This document shows positions 54,819 through 63,139 of a stretch of DNA of 64,000 nucleotides, piece after piece. Under the pieces are notes generated by a model that worked only from the letters and a program-made list of their open reading frames with translations, was not told where the DNA came from and did not search any database. Positions within the stretch are counted from its first letter, which is position 1. Every line of letters begins with the position of its first letter. Position numbers and translations under genes: made by a program. This stretch comes from Patescibacteria group bacterium (lineage in GTDB: Bacteria; Patescibacteriota; Patescibacteriia; JAHIZJ01): assembly GCA_028714495.1 (NCBI GenBank), contig JAQTMH010000002.1, positions 7,219 to 71,218 on the forward strand. Reading direction: 5' to 3'.

Positions 54819-55541
54819 TTAATCAAACTCATTCCGGCTGTGGTTCCAGACGCAGTACTCGCAGGCTGTGTGGCTTTTTGGCAATGGCCCGCGCAGTACC
54901 TTCACCGCTTCTTCAAAAGTCTTTTTGGCAGAATCAAGGCTGGTCGTAACCTTAACAATATGAGTATTGAAATCGACTCGGCCGGCTGGCAATACTTCTT
55001 TGGGATAGTAATACAGAAGATAGGCGAAGTCTCGGGTTTTATAGTTATTGGCCGATAGTAAAAGACTGTATGACTCGAGCTGAGTCCGGTAATATCTTTC
55101 CGAATCGCCTTCTCTCGGACTGCTGCCCCGGGTCTTGTAATCCAGCGGGATGTAAAAACCATCGTCGTACAAACAATCGTCCAGCGCTCCGAACAGCACG
55201 GCGTTGATTTTCTTGTCCTCGTATTCCAAGCCCGTCCGCCAATTGCGCCATTTGTTCAAAACCTTCACATCCGGAAAAAGTCCTCCCTCAACCTGTCCAG
55301 CCAGCTCTGGCGGCATCTCGCCCTTTTTCCGAAATGTGTCCATGTAATCCTTGATCACCAAATCCATCCCGCCTGGCAGTGAAGGGAATATTCCCCGAGG
55401 CCGGTGGATATTTTTATTGTAGTGCAGCCAAAAACAGCGTGGGCATTCCTTGAACAAGCTTAAACCCGAACTGGGCGATAAACGTATCAAATTTGTAGTC
55501 ATAGGCTTCTTTATCTTATCAAATAGAGTGTTTTGTGTCAC
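54819..55541 (-). CDS. PD-(D/E)xK nuclease-fold protein with four-Cys cluster (Cas4/RecB-nuclease-domain-like), orphan
   Basis: N-terminal CPRCFW and C-terminal CEYCVWNH cysteine pairs (Fe-S-like arrangement seen in Cas4/AddB). Central GALDDCLYDDGFYIPLDYKT (D...D.K) motif. No CRISPR/cas nearby. Confidence 0.45.
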   Translation of the reverse strand: MTQNTLFDKIKKPMTTNLIRLSPSSGLSLFKECPRCFWLHYNKNIHRPRGIFPSLPGGMDLVIKDYMDTFRKKGEMPPELAGQVEGGLFPDVKVLNKWRNWRTGLEYEDKKINAVLFGALDDCLYDDGFYIPLDYKTRGSSPREGDSERYYRTQLESYSLLLSANNYKTRDFAYLLYYYPKEVLPAGRVDFNTHIVKVTTSLDSAKKTFEEAVKVLRGPLPKSHTACEYCVWNHSRNEFD

Positions 55542-55558
55542 CTTGAATATTTTAACCT

Positions 55559-56242
55559 TTAATGATTGTCTTTTTTAATTTGATCGAAATCTTTGGTAAA
55601 TTTATTCTCAAGCTCCCGCAGACTGATCGCCCCTTCCTTTCGGTACTCTCCAACCCTGATTCTCTCTAATTCCTTTAAATATCCGCCAGTACTAAGATTC
55701 TTACCAATATCGCGAGCCAGTGAACGGATATAAACACCGGGCCCAGTCACCACTTTTATTTTTAATTCAGGCCAGTTATAATCTAAAAGTTCGATTTTTT
55801 TTATCAAGACCGGCCTCGGCTCTAGACGCACTGCTTGTCCTTGGCGAGCGTATTTGTAGGCGGCACGACCTTTTATTTTAATCGCACTGTAAATCGGAGG
55901 GGTTTGAAGAATTTCACCTTGGAATTTTTCTAGGGCGGCCTGAACCTCTTCTTCATTAGGAAATCGGCTCGGCGCCATTTTTGTTCTTTCGCCTTCAGCA
56001 TCGTCGGTTGTACTCTCCTCGCCCAATTGAACAGTCGCCAGATATTCCTTTTCCTTGGTCACGATTTTCGCCAATTGCCTTGTCGCTTCCCGGCCTAAGC
56101 CGACAACTAAAACACCCTTGGCCAAAGGGTCGAGGGTACCGGCATGACCGACTTTTTTGATTCCGGTAATTCTTCTAATTTCATCAATGATATCGTGCGA
56201 GGTCGGACCAGCCGGTTTGTATATTCCAAAAATACTGTCCAT
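55559..56242 (-). CDS. truB: tRNA pseudouridine(55) synthase
   Basis: GIYKPAGPTSHDIIDEIRRITGIKKVGHAGTLDPLAKGVLVVGLG contains the catalytic Asp motif of TruB. Confidence 0.85.
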   Translation of the reverse strand: MDSIFGIYKPAGPTSHDIIDEIRRITGIKKVGHAGTLDPLAKGVLVVGLGREATRQLAKIVTKEKEYLATVQLGEESTTDDAEGERTKMAPSRFPNEEEVQAALEKFQGEILQTPPIYSAIKIKGRAAYKYARQGQAVRLEPRPVLIKKIELLDYNWPELKIKVVTGPGVYIRSLARDIGKNLSTGGYLKELERIRVGEYRKEGAISLRELENKFTKDFDQIKKDNH

Positions 56243-56291
56243 ATTTTCAGACTAACCTGGTTTGGTATCTAATGTCAAAGGCGGGCAAGCG

Positions 56292-58106
56292 TTAAATAGT
56301 CTTTCCTTCACGGGCCAGTTTTTTTGCCACGGCTTGATCAAGTGTTTTTTTCCTGATTCGGATAGATTTGGGGGTAACTTCAACCAATTCATCATCGTTG
56401 ATATATTCCAGCGCGTCATCTAAATCCATGATTTTCGGCTGGTTAAAATGTTCGGCCCCGCCATCGCCCTTTGAACGCATATTCGACAGCTGCTTGGTTT
56501 TACAGACATTCACGTGAATGTCTTCACTGCGGGAATTTTGGCCGACAACCTGTCCTTTGTAAACTTCGACGCCCGGACCGATAAAAAAGGTGCCCCGATT
56601 CTGAACATTCAGCAACCCGTAAAGATTGCTAACTCCGCTTTCATGAGCTACGAGTGAGCCTTGCTCCCGTTCGCGCCAATTGCCAGGATCCGGAAAATAA
56701 CCTTCAAACAATGTATTAATAATTCCCAGACCGCGGGTATCAGTCAGGAAATCGCCGCGGTAGCCAAAAAGACCGCGCGTCGGAATTACAAATTCAAGAA
56801 AAGTCGTACCTTCGCGCGACTCAAGATCGTGCATTTGCCCGCCCCGCGAACTAAGCTTTTGAATCACGATGCCGCTGAGTCCATCCGGAACCTCGACAAA
56901 TACCCGCTCAAACGGCGCGTGGATTTTTCCTCCGATTTCTTTCAAAATCACGTGGGGTTGCGAGATCTGAAGCTCATAGCCTTCGCGCCGCAGCCGTTCT
57001 ATAAAAATCGCGTGATGCAATTCGCCCCGGCCTGACACGATCCAGCCGCCTGACTTGTTTTCCTCAACGCGCAGAGCCAGATCAGTCTCTAGTTCTTTCA
57101 TTAGACGTTCGTGGATTTGGCGGGAGGTGCAATAAATTCCCTCGCGGCCGGCAAAGGGCGAATTATTTACGCTAAAAGTCATTTTTACAGTCGGCTCCTC
57201 AATGTCAATAAGCGGCAAGGCGATCGGCTGTTCAGCGTCAGCAATCGTTTCTCCGATTGTCGCTTCGGGGATGCCCGCGATGGCTACGATATCCCCAACC
57301 GACGCTTCAGGAACTTCCACGCGCTCTAAGCCTATGTAAGTCATGAGCGAAGCAATGCGGTACGGTTTTTTTTCACCGGAACGGTTGATGTAAATAATAT
57401 CCTGCCCAGACTTGATTAGGCCATTAGCAATTCGCCCAGTAGCCAGCCTGCCTTTGAAAGTATCCGGGCTGATCTGGGTAATCAACAATTGCAGTGGTTT
57501 TGCCGAATCGCCTTTTGGTTCGGGGATCTCGCTTAGGATCGTATCAAAGATCGGGGTAATATCAGCTGAACTCTTTAAATCGGCTGTGAGCCCGGCCTTG
57601 CCTTGCTTGGCCGAGGCGTAAATCACCGGGAAATCCAGGGTTTGATCATCCGCGCCCAGTTCGACGAAAAGGTCAAATGTCCGATTCAGCGCCTCCTCGG
57701 GCCGGGCGTCGGGTTTGTCTATCTTGTTTATCACGACAATAATGCGCAGTTTCATCGCCAGCGCCTTTTTTAAGACAAAGCGTGTTTGCGGCATCGGCCC
57801 TTCCTTCGCGTCAACCAGCAATAAGCAGCCATCAGCCATATTCAAAACGCGCTCCACTTCGCCGCCGAAATCAGCGTGCCCAGGCGTGTCAATAATGTTA
57901 ATTTTCACCCCCTGCCAGACCACTGAGGCATTTTTTGAAAAAATAGTAATGCCGCGTTCGCGCTCCAGATCGTTTGAATCCATAATCAACTCGACCCCGG
58001 CATACTCCTTATTTAACCGAGTTTTTGATTGACGCAAAAGCGCGTCCACCAGGGTGGTTTTTCCATGGTCAATATGGGCAATGATTGCTACGTTTCGAAT
58101 ATTCAT
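56292..58106 (-). CDS. typA: Translational GTPase TypA/BipA
   Basis: NIRNVAIIAHIDHGKTTLVDALL G1 motif, DTPGHADF, NKIDKP, and the BipA C-terminal domain. 604 aa. Confidence 0.9.
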   Translation of the reverse strand: MNIRNVAIIAHIDHGKTTLVDALLRQSKTRLNKEYAGVELIMDSNDLERERGITIFSKNASVVWQGVKINIIDTPGHADFGGEVERVLNMADGCLLLVDAKEGPMPQTRFVLKKALAMKLRIIVVINKIDKPDARPEEALNRTFDLFVELGADDQTLDFPVIYASAKQGKAGLTADLKSSADITPIFDTILSEIPEPKGDSAKPLQLLITQISPDTFKGRLATGRIANGLIKSGQDIIYINRSGEKKPYRIASLMTYIGLERVEVPEASVGDIVAIAGIPEATIGETIADAEQPIALPLIDIEEPTVKMTFSVNNSPFAGREGIYCTSRQIHERLMKELETDLALRVEENKSGGWIVSGRGELHHAIFIERLRREGYELQISQPHVILKEIGGKIHAPFERVFVEVPDGLSGIVIQKLSSRGGQMHDLESREGTTFLEFVIPTRGLFGYRGDFLTDTRGLGIINTLFEGYFPDPGNWREREQGSLVAHESGVSNLYGLLNVQNRGTFFIGPGVEVYKGQVVGQNSRSEDIHVNVCKTKQLSNMRSKGDGGAEHFNQPKIMDLDDALEYINDDELVEVTPKSIRIRKKTLDQAVAKKLAREGKTI

Positions 58107-58204
58107 TTAGTTTTGTGATGGTAAAAAAAATATCGGGCAGACCCGACCGGGACAATAATGATAATACCACAGTCGCAAACTTTGTCAAGCCCAATTAAGA
58201 GATA

Positions 58205-58237
58205 TCAAAAAAACACAAAAGCCGGATTACTCCGGCT
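58205..58237 (-). terminator. Intrinsic terminator (AGCCGGAGUAAUCCGGCU plus UUUGUGUUUUUUU) downstream of the metallothionein-like gene
   Basis: Seen directly. About 30 nt past the stop at 58270. Confidence 0.5.
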
Positions 58238-58269
58238 CTCGTGTTATATCTGCTTTCTGTTATTCTTTC

Positions 58270-58371
58270 GGCGCGCATTTGCAGGAACAATCTTTATCGC
58301 ATTTGCAATTTTCGACAGTCTCCCCGCACCCGCAAGGGCACATTTCTTTATCATTTTCCATATTTTTTCCG
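58270..58371 (-). CDS. Metallothionein-like Cys-rich peptide, 33 aa: MENDKEMCPCGCGETVENCKCDKDCSCKCAPKE
   Basis: 8 Cys in CxC/CKC/CSCKC arrangement. Promoter TTGAAA-N17-TATTAT at 58402-58430 (minus). Terminator downstream. The ORF-track plus ORF 58158..58382 is its antisense. Confidence 0.4.
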
Positions 58372-58401
58372 CTTACTTGTAAGGTAATTACATAATACAC
58401 C

Positions 58402-58430
58402 ATTTTGGCTTTTGTTTCAAGTCCCACTTC
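58402..58430 (-). promoter_or_regulatory. Sigma70-like promoter TTGAAA-N17-TATTAT for the metallothionein-like gene
   Basis: Seen directly on the reverse complement. Confidence 0.45.
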
Positions 58431-58502
58431 AAACCAAAGATTTTATTCATCAGAATATAAAACACCCGACTGCATGGAAATGGACTATGAATCTCTGTAT
58501 TT

Positions 58503-58619
58503 CTATTCCTTTTTCTTGTTCGCCTTGGCCAAAAGATAAATAAACGTACCCAGGAAAACTAGAAACAGTCCCGTTCCAATTGGCGAGCCCCAGCCTAAAA
58601 CTGAATAAATGTCGCTCAT
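58503..58619 (-). CDS. Small hydrophobic protein, 38 aa (MSDIYSVLGWGSPIGTGLFLVFLGTFIYLLAKANKKKE), co-transcribed downstream of the MacB-type ABC pair
   Basis: Strong RBS AGGAGG 8 nt upstream. One TM helix. Not in the ORF track (<60 aa). Confidence 0.4.
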   Translation of the reverse strand: MSDIYSVLGWGSPIGTGLFLVFLGTFIYLLAKANKKKE

Positions 58620-58671
58620 TTTTATTACCTCCTATGTTATTAATAATTCCCGACGAGATTTAACTCGCGCC

Positions 58672-59349
58672 TTAGGCTAGCTTCCCGTCGACGATTTTGA
58701 TCACCCGGTCGCAGAAGCGGGTTAAATCTTCATTATGCGTGACCATAACAATAGTTTTTTGCTTCTTTCTAACCAGGTCGCGGAGTAGCTCAACAATCGC
58801 TTCGGAATTTTTTGTGTCCAGCTCGCCGGTCGGCTCATCAGCCAGGATCAGCCGGCCGTCATTCATCAGCGACCGAGCAATGGCCACGCGCTGTTGTTCT
58901 CCGCCAGATAGTTCGGCTGGGGTATGGTCAAACCTCTCAGTTAATCCGACCTCAGTCAGTAATTCTCTTGCTCTGGTCGCGGTGATTTTGGCTGGCAAGC
59001 CAGCATAGTCTCCAGCCAGTATGACATTCTCCAGAGCAGTCAGAGTTGAGAGCAAATTAAATCCCTGGAAGATGAAACCCAGTTCTTTAGCCCGCAAATC
59101 AGCCTGACCATTGTCCTTTAGTTGGGACAATAGCTTTCCAGCGATTTCCACATCGCCCTTAGTCGGCCGATCGAGCGCGCCCAAGAGGTGCATAAAGGTT
59201 GATTTGCCGGAACCGGACGGTCCGATTACGGCCACAAATTCGCCGGCGCGGAACTCGGTGGTAACGCCTTTTAAGGCCTTCACCTCATTGTGCTGACCTG
59301 GTGAATAAACTTTTTCGAGATTAATTGTTCGAGCAATGATATTTTCCAT
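58672..59349 (-). CDS. ABC transporter ATP-binding protein (MacB/LolD-like)
   Basis: Walker A GPSGSGKST, signature LSGGEQQRVAIARSL, Walker B LILADEPTGELD. Confidence 0.85.
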   Translation of the reverse strand: MENIIARTINLEKVYSPGQHNEVKALKGVTTEFRAGEFVAVIGPSGSGKSTFMHLLGALDRPTKGDVEIAGKLLSQLKDNGQADLRAKELGFIFQGFNLLSTLTALENVILAGDYAGLPAKITATRARELLTEVGLTERFDHTPAELSGGEQQRVAIARSLMNDGRLILADEPTGELDTKNSEAIVELLRDLVRKKQKTIVMVTHNEDLTRFCDRVIKIVDGKLA

Positions 59350-59350
59350 A

Positions 59351-60514
59351 TTATTCGTATCTTAATGATTCAACCGGATTAAGCTTCGAGGCGCGCCGGG
59401 CTGGAAAAAACCCAGCCACTATGCTGATCACGATCGAGAAAATAAGTACGTAAATCAGTAGTCGCGGCGTCACTAAAAAGAGCAGTAGACCTTTGGATCG
59501 CGATGATTCATTGAGAATCCAGGTCATCAGCACGCCAAGGCCGATACCGGCTAACCCGCCGATCACGCCAATCACTCCAGCTTCAATCAAAAACTCTTTT
59601 AGGATGCGGCTGGACCGAGCACCAACCGCTTTTTTTATGCCGATCTCGCGAGTCCGCTCAATCACCGAAAAGGTCAGAGTATTCATAATTGAGAACCCTC
59701 CGACAATGATGGCAATCAGCGCGCCGGAAAGAATGATCATATTGAAAATTACCATGCTTTGGCCGATCTGGTCTTTGAAGTAAGACGGACCATAGGCTTT
59801 CACGCCCTCAACTTGCTCCTGAATCCTTTTGGCGACTTCCTCACCCTGGGCGACATCTTTCAGATACACATCAAATTCAGAGACAATGGTTTCGGGTTTG
59901 ATGCTTTGTTTAAAGGCCTCGGGCAAAGTCTCATAAGTAAGCTCCTGCGCGTCCCGGAGTGAGACAACGGCTGAATTGTCCGGCGCGGTCAAAGTCTTGT
60001 CATAGACGCCAATCACTTCAAAATCCTTGCCGCGCAACTTAACGGTTTTGCCTACATCTGTTTTCAAGTTCTTAACGAGATCAGAACCAAGCGCAACCTT
60101 ACCGCGGTCATCGGCGGTTAAATCCCGGCCCCTGGCGATTTTTATCTTAAATGTTTCATACTGAGTGGCTTCTGTGTCACCAGATACTATCATTGAGGGC
60201 ATGCCAAAAGAAACGTTCGTTTCTTCATCGAGCATTAAACTAACGACCGGCGAGGCGTAAACCACGCCTTCGACTTTCTGAATAGCCGCTTGTTTATCCA
60301 TGGTTAGCGGCGCGCCGCCCATCATCAATGAAGCGCGCGCGTCAACCACCATTACTTTCGTGCCGTAGTAGTCCACACCCCCCTTAACCAAAAGGCTTAA
60401 TTTTTCCGACATCGCGCCCATGACTGTCAGGGCAAATACGCCGATAACGATTCCGCCGACCGTCAGGACTGTCCGGAGCTTCCGGCGAAGAAGGTTCCTG
60501 AGAATTATACGCAT
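59351..60514 (-). CDS. ABC transporter permease, FtsX/MacB type (large periplasmic domain plus 4 TM)
   Basis: N-terminal TM, about 220-aa extracytoplasmic domain, C-terminal FtsX-like helices (GIKKAVGARS motif). Confidence 0.8.
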   Translation of the reverse strand: MRIILRNLLRRKLRTVLTVGGIVIGVFALTVMGAMSEKLSLLVKGGVDYYGTKVMVVDARASLMMGGAPLTMDKQAAIQKVEGVVYASPVVSLMLDEETNVSFGMPSMIVSGDTEATQYETFKIKIARGRDLTADDRGKVALGSDLVKNLKTDVGKTVKLRGKDFEVIGVYDKTLTAPDNSAVVSLRDAQELTYETLPEAFKQSIKPETIVSEFDVYLKDVAQGEEVAKRIQEQVEGVKAYGPSYFKDQIGQSMVIFNMIILSGALIAIIVGGFSIMNTLTFSVIERTREIGIKKAVGARSSRILKEFLIEAGVIGVIGGLAGIGLGVLMTWILNESSRSKGLLLFLVTPRLLIYVLIFSIVISIVAGFFPARRASKLNPVESLRYE

Positions 60515-60747
60515 AGCGAGTTGATTAGTTATAAAATATTAACATTTCAACACCAACGCGCGCCACCGGACACATACCGCTGGAGCGATTGTGCTAAAAG
60601 GCATTATTTGAATTATAAGTCATTAACTCATACTGTCAAGGCGACACCATATTAACTTGACTTTTTCTACTCCCAAAGGTAAGTTAAAAAGCTCAAAATA
60701 AAGCGAAAACCGGTCTTTCATAACCTATAGACCAAAGGAGGGGGCTT

Positions 60748-61923
60748 ATGCAAAGGACTAGCATGCAAGGAGTGGAGCGGGTGTACTGTGATGTCTGCAT
60801 CCACGCCCTAGTTGCGGCCTGGCGTGAACTGCTGGATTCACCAGCTAGCGAAACGCTCAGACATACCAAATACGGCAAGGGTGATACGCTGGGTCTGGAC
60901 GCAATCACCGAAATCATTATTCACGACCGGCTGTGTGACTTTGACCGCCATGCCATTCTGGTCACCGAGGAATTGGATGATGATGCCCGCGAGCGCTGGC
61001 CAACTGACGCTGAACCGATCCGGCAGCCGCTCATGTTCTTCTCTGACCCGACTGACCGATCCAGACAACTCAGAGAATACATCGAGACAATCAGCAGGGA
61101 AACGCCCATCAGAAGGCTCGGACTGCTCATGGGCCGGGACAAGGGCATCCAGGTCTGGGAAAGAATGTTCGAGAAACCGGCAATGATCACTGGAGCTACT
61201 TCTTCCATCACCTGCGTGCGCAAAGGCCAGATCATCTTCTCGGTCATTCTCAACATCGTCACCCAGACCATTTTCGTGGCGACTCCACTGGGCAATGTCG
61301 TGATGCGCCTGCCCCGGTTCGGTGATCCAGTCTGCGATCAAGTCGACCTGAACTATGTTCTGGGGCATGGCCGGCCACTGATTTTCCCGCCAGCTAAGAT
61401 CACCTGCCAACGGCCAGATGACTTCAAGCGTTTTGTTACCTTCCTCGGTAAAGAAGACTATGAGAAGAACTTTATTGACAGTATGGTCTTCGTTGAGAAT
61501 CCCGATGACTTTCTGCACCACACCCTACCTGGCGGACCGGCAAGAATCCTCTATCTCTCCGAGCTCCAGCGTGGCCATGGACCGATTGGCTTTATCATGG
61601 CCAATGGCGAAAAGATCGGCGAATGGATCCACTGGCTGGCCTTTGCCAAATTCGCCATGCGCGAGCACGGCGGCCACCAGCTCAGGATTTTCGAGATCGC
61701 CATTCCCCGACCCCATTACAAAGACGGCGTCCTGATGTCCACGGCTCCGGCTTACAGCATTTTCAGCCAGCTTGGTTCGACTGTCTATCTGGATGTCAGC
61801 CGGTTGCGGACCTTTGAGACACCGAGCCGCTTCCGCTCCATGCTCGTGGTAGCGCCGTTTGACAACGAACGGATCGCCCACATCATGCGGCAGCACTGCT
61901 ACCGCGAAATCGACCTGTCTTAG
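60748..61923 (+). CDS. Hypothetical protein, G+C-rich segment
   Basis: 391 aa. Strong RBS AAAGGAGGGGG 5 nt upstream of ATG. Minus-strand ORFs 60838..61521 and 60921..61295 are probable antisense artefacts. Confidence 0.5.
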   Translation: MQRTSMQGVERVYCDVCIHALVAAWRELLDSPASETLRHTKYGKGDTLGLDAITEIIIHDRLCDFDRHAILVTEELDDDARERWPTDAEPIRQPLMFFSDPTDRSRQLREYIETISRETPIRRLGLLMGRDKGIQVWERMFEKPAMITGATSSITCVRKGQIIFSVILNIVTQTIFVATPLGNVVMRLPRFGDPVCDQVDLNYVLGHGRPLIFPPAKITCQRPDDFKRFVTFLGKEDYEKNFIDSMVFVENPDDFLHHTLPGGPARILYLSELQRGHGPIGFIMANGEKIGEWIHWLAFAKFAMREHGGHQLRIFEIAIPRPHYKDGVLMSTAPAYSIFSQLGSTVYLDVSRLRTFETPSRFRSMLVVAPFDNERIAHIMRQHCYREIDLS

Positions 61924-62018
61924 TACAAACCTACCCTCGTTAGTAATAACGGGGGTGTTTTTATTTCGATAAATAGTATTAATTAGGCTGGAGTAATTAA
62001 CTAACCTATTATTTCGAT

Positions 62019-62576
62019 CTAATATTTATTGAAATTTGAAATCTCGCTGATGTCTTTCCGGTTTTTCTTATGGACTTCGTAACCATCTTTTGGATAGCCA
62101 AGGGTTATCAGCAAACCGATTTGTTGGCGCTTTGGTACGGCTAAAATCTTTTTCACCTTCTGTTCATCAAACCAGCCGACGATGCAGGTACCCAGGCCTA
62201 ACTCCGTAGCCTGCAGGCAAAAATGCTCGGTGGTAATGCCGATGTCAATCAGCGGTAATTCCCTATTATCCAGCCAGGAGATAATCTGGGCCGGCGTGGC
62301 GATTTTCGGCGGCTCGATCACCACCGCTATGATCACCGGCGCTTTGAATAAATGTTTATTCAGAACTGGCAGGAGCGGACTGGTGGCGGCTTTAGCGATT
62401 TTATTTTTCACCTCGGCATTATCAACCACGACAAATTTCCAGGGCTGGGCATTTCTGGCTGACGGCGCCAGCCTGGCGGCTTCGAGGCACTGCAAGATTT
62501 TATCCTTTTCCACCGGCTGATTTGAATATTTCCGTACGCTTTGACGTTGTTTTATTATGTCTAATAGGTCTTTCAT
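62019..62576 (-). CDS. Nitroreductase family protein
   Basis: RQSVRKYSNQPVEKDKILQCLEAARLAPSARNAQPWKFVVV is the nitroreductase N-terminal signature. Confidence 0.8.
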   Translation of the reverse strand: MKDLLDIIKQRQSVRKYSNQPVEKDKILQCLEAARLAPSARNAQPWKFVVVDNAEVKNKIAKAATSPLLPVLNKHLFKAPVIIAVVIEPPKIATPAQIISWLDNRELPLIDIGITTEHFCLQATELGLGTCIVGWFDEQKVKKILAVPKRQQIGLLITLGYPKDGYEVHKKNRKDISEISNFNKY

Positions 62577-62587
62577 GGTACTTGATT

Positions 62588-62612
62588 TATTGGCAGGGGT
62601 GGAGGGAATCGT
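62588..62612 (-). repeat. tRNA 3'-end-like fragment (copy 1; ...GGACGATTCCCTCCACCCCTGCCA)
   Basis: Resembles the T-arm/acceptor 3' end of the adjacent tRNA-Trp but cannot fold as a tRNA. Confidence 0.4.
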
Positions 62613-62671
62613 CCCGCATCAAAGAGCGCGATATTTTACGTTGCTACGGTTTTTACCCAACCTATCGTCAT

Positions 62672-62755
62672 GTGGCAGGGGCGGAAAGTGTCGCACTCTC
62701 GTTTCTGGTTTGGACCCAGCCGTTCGCGAACGGCTGGGTGGAGACCGTTAATCGT
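62672..62755 (-). repeat. tRNA 3'-end-like fragment (copy 2; ...GACACTTTCCGCCCCTGCCA) preceded by perfect palindrome CCCAGCCGTTCGCGAACGGCTGGG
   Basis: Shares the CCGCCCCTGCCA tail with tRNA-Trp. No cloverleaf possible. Confidence 0.4.
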
Positions 62756-62761
62756 ATAAGG

Positions 62762-62835
62762 TGGCAGGGGCGGAAGGGATCGAACCCTCGTCTGAGGTTT
62801 TGGAGACCTCCGTCCTACCACTGGACGACGCCCCC
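62762..62835 (-). tRNA. tRNA-Trp (anticodon CCA)
   Basis: Reverse complement GGGGGCG-T-C-GTCC-AGTGGTA-GGAC-G-GAGGT-CTCCAAA-ACCTC-AGAC-GAGGG-TTCGATC-CCTTC-CGCCCCT-G-CCA is a 74-nt cloverleaf with encoded CCA. Confidence 0.85.
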
Positions 62836-62861
62836 GTCATCTTATGCGATTAAACTAGAAT

Positions 62862-63107
62862 CTATTTTAAATGAAGTCTTGCTAGAAGTCCATGATATGC
62901 TGAACCATACATTTTCAATTTGCGCTCTCTTTCGGCTGCCGATTGTTGATCGTAATAGGCTTCAAAATATATCAATTTCAAAATACCCATTCTTCGAGTC
63001 GTGTATGTCGACCCTCTTTTATGCTCCGACATTCGCCTTTCAATATCATTTGTTGTACCGACATACTTCTTGCCTCTATTATCACACAGCAAATAAATAT
63101 AATACAT
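62862..63107 (-). CDS. GIY-YIG nuclease superfamily protein (UPF0213-like small endonuclease)
   Basis: MYYIYLLCDNRGKKYVGTTNDIERRMSEHK matches the GIY-YIG motif. I place the start at the internal Met at 63107. Confidence 0.7.
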   Translation of the reverse strand: MYYIYLLCDNRGKKYVGTTNDIERRMSEHKRGSTYTTRRMGILKLIYFEAYYDQQSAAERERKLKMYGSAYHGLLARLHLK

Positions 63108-63139
63108 ATTACCCTTCCAGCTCCCAGCCGATCTTCTTT

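Noticed and set aside
58158-58382. Plus-strand 74-aa ORF downstream of typA
   Set aside because: It is antisense to the promoter-RBS-terminator-equipped 33-codon Cys-rich ORF on the minus strand. The product is hydrophobic and low-complexity, with no RBS.
60838-61521. Minus-strand 227-aa and 124-aa ORFs overlapping the 391-aa plus-strand gene
   Set aside because: Long antisense ORFs are expected in G+C-rich DNA. Only the plus-strand ORF has a strong RBS (AAAGGAGGGGG) and an uninterrupted 391-codon frame.
62672-62755. Second and first tRNA-like units upstream of tRNA-Trp as additional tRNA genes
   Set aside because: Only the 3' about 20 nt resemble a tRNA. No D-arm, anticodon arm or 5' acceptor strand can be formed. 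Treated as tRNA-end fragments (repeats).
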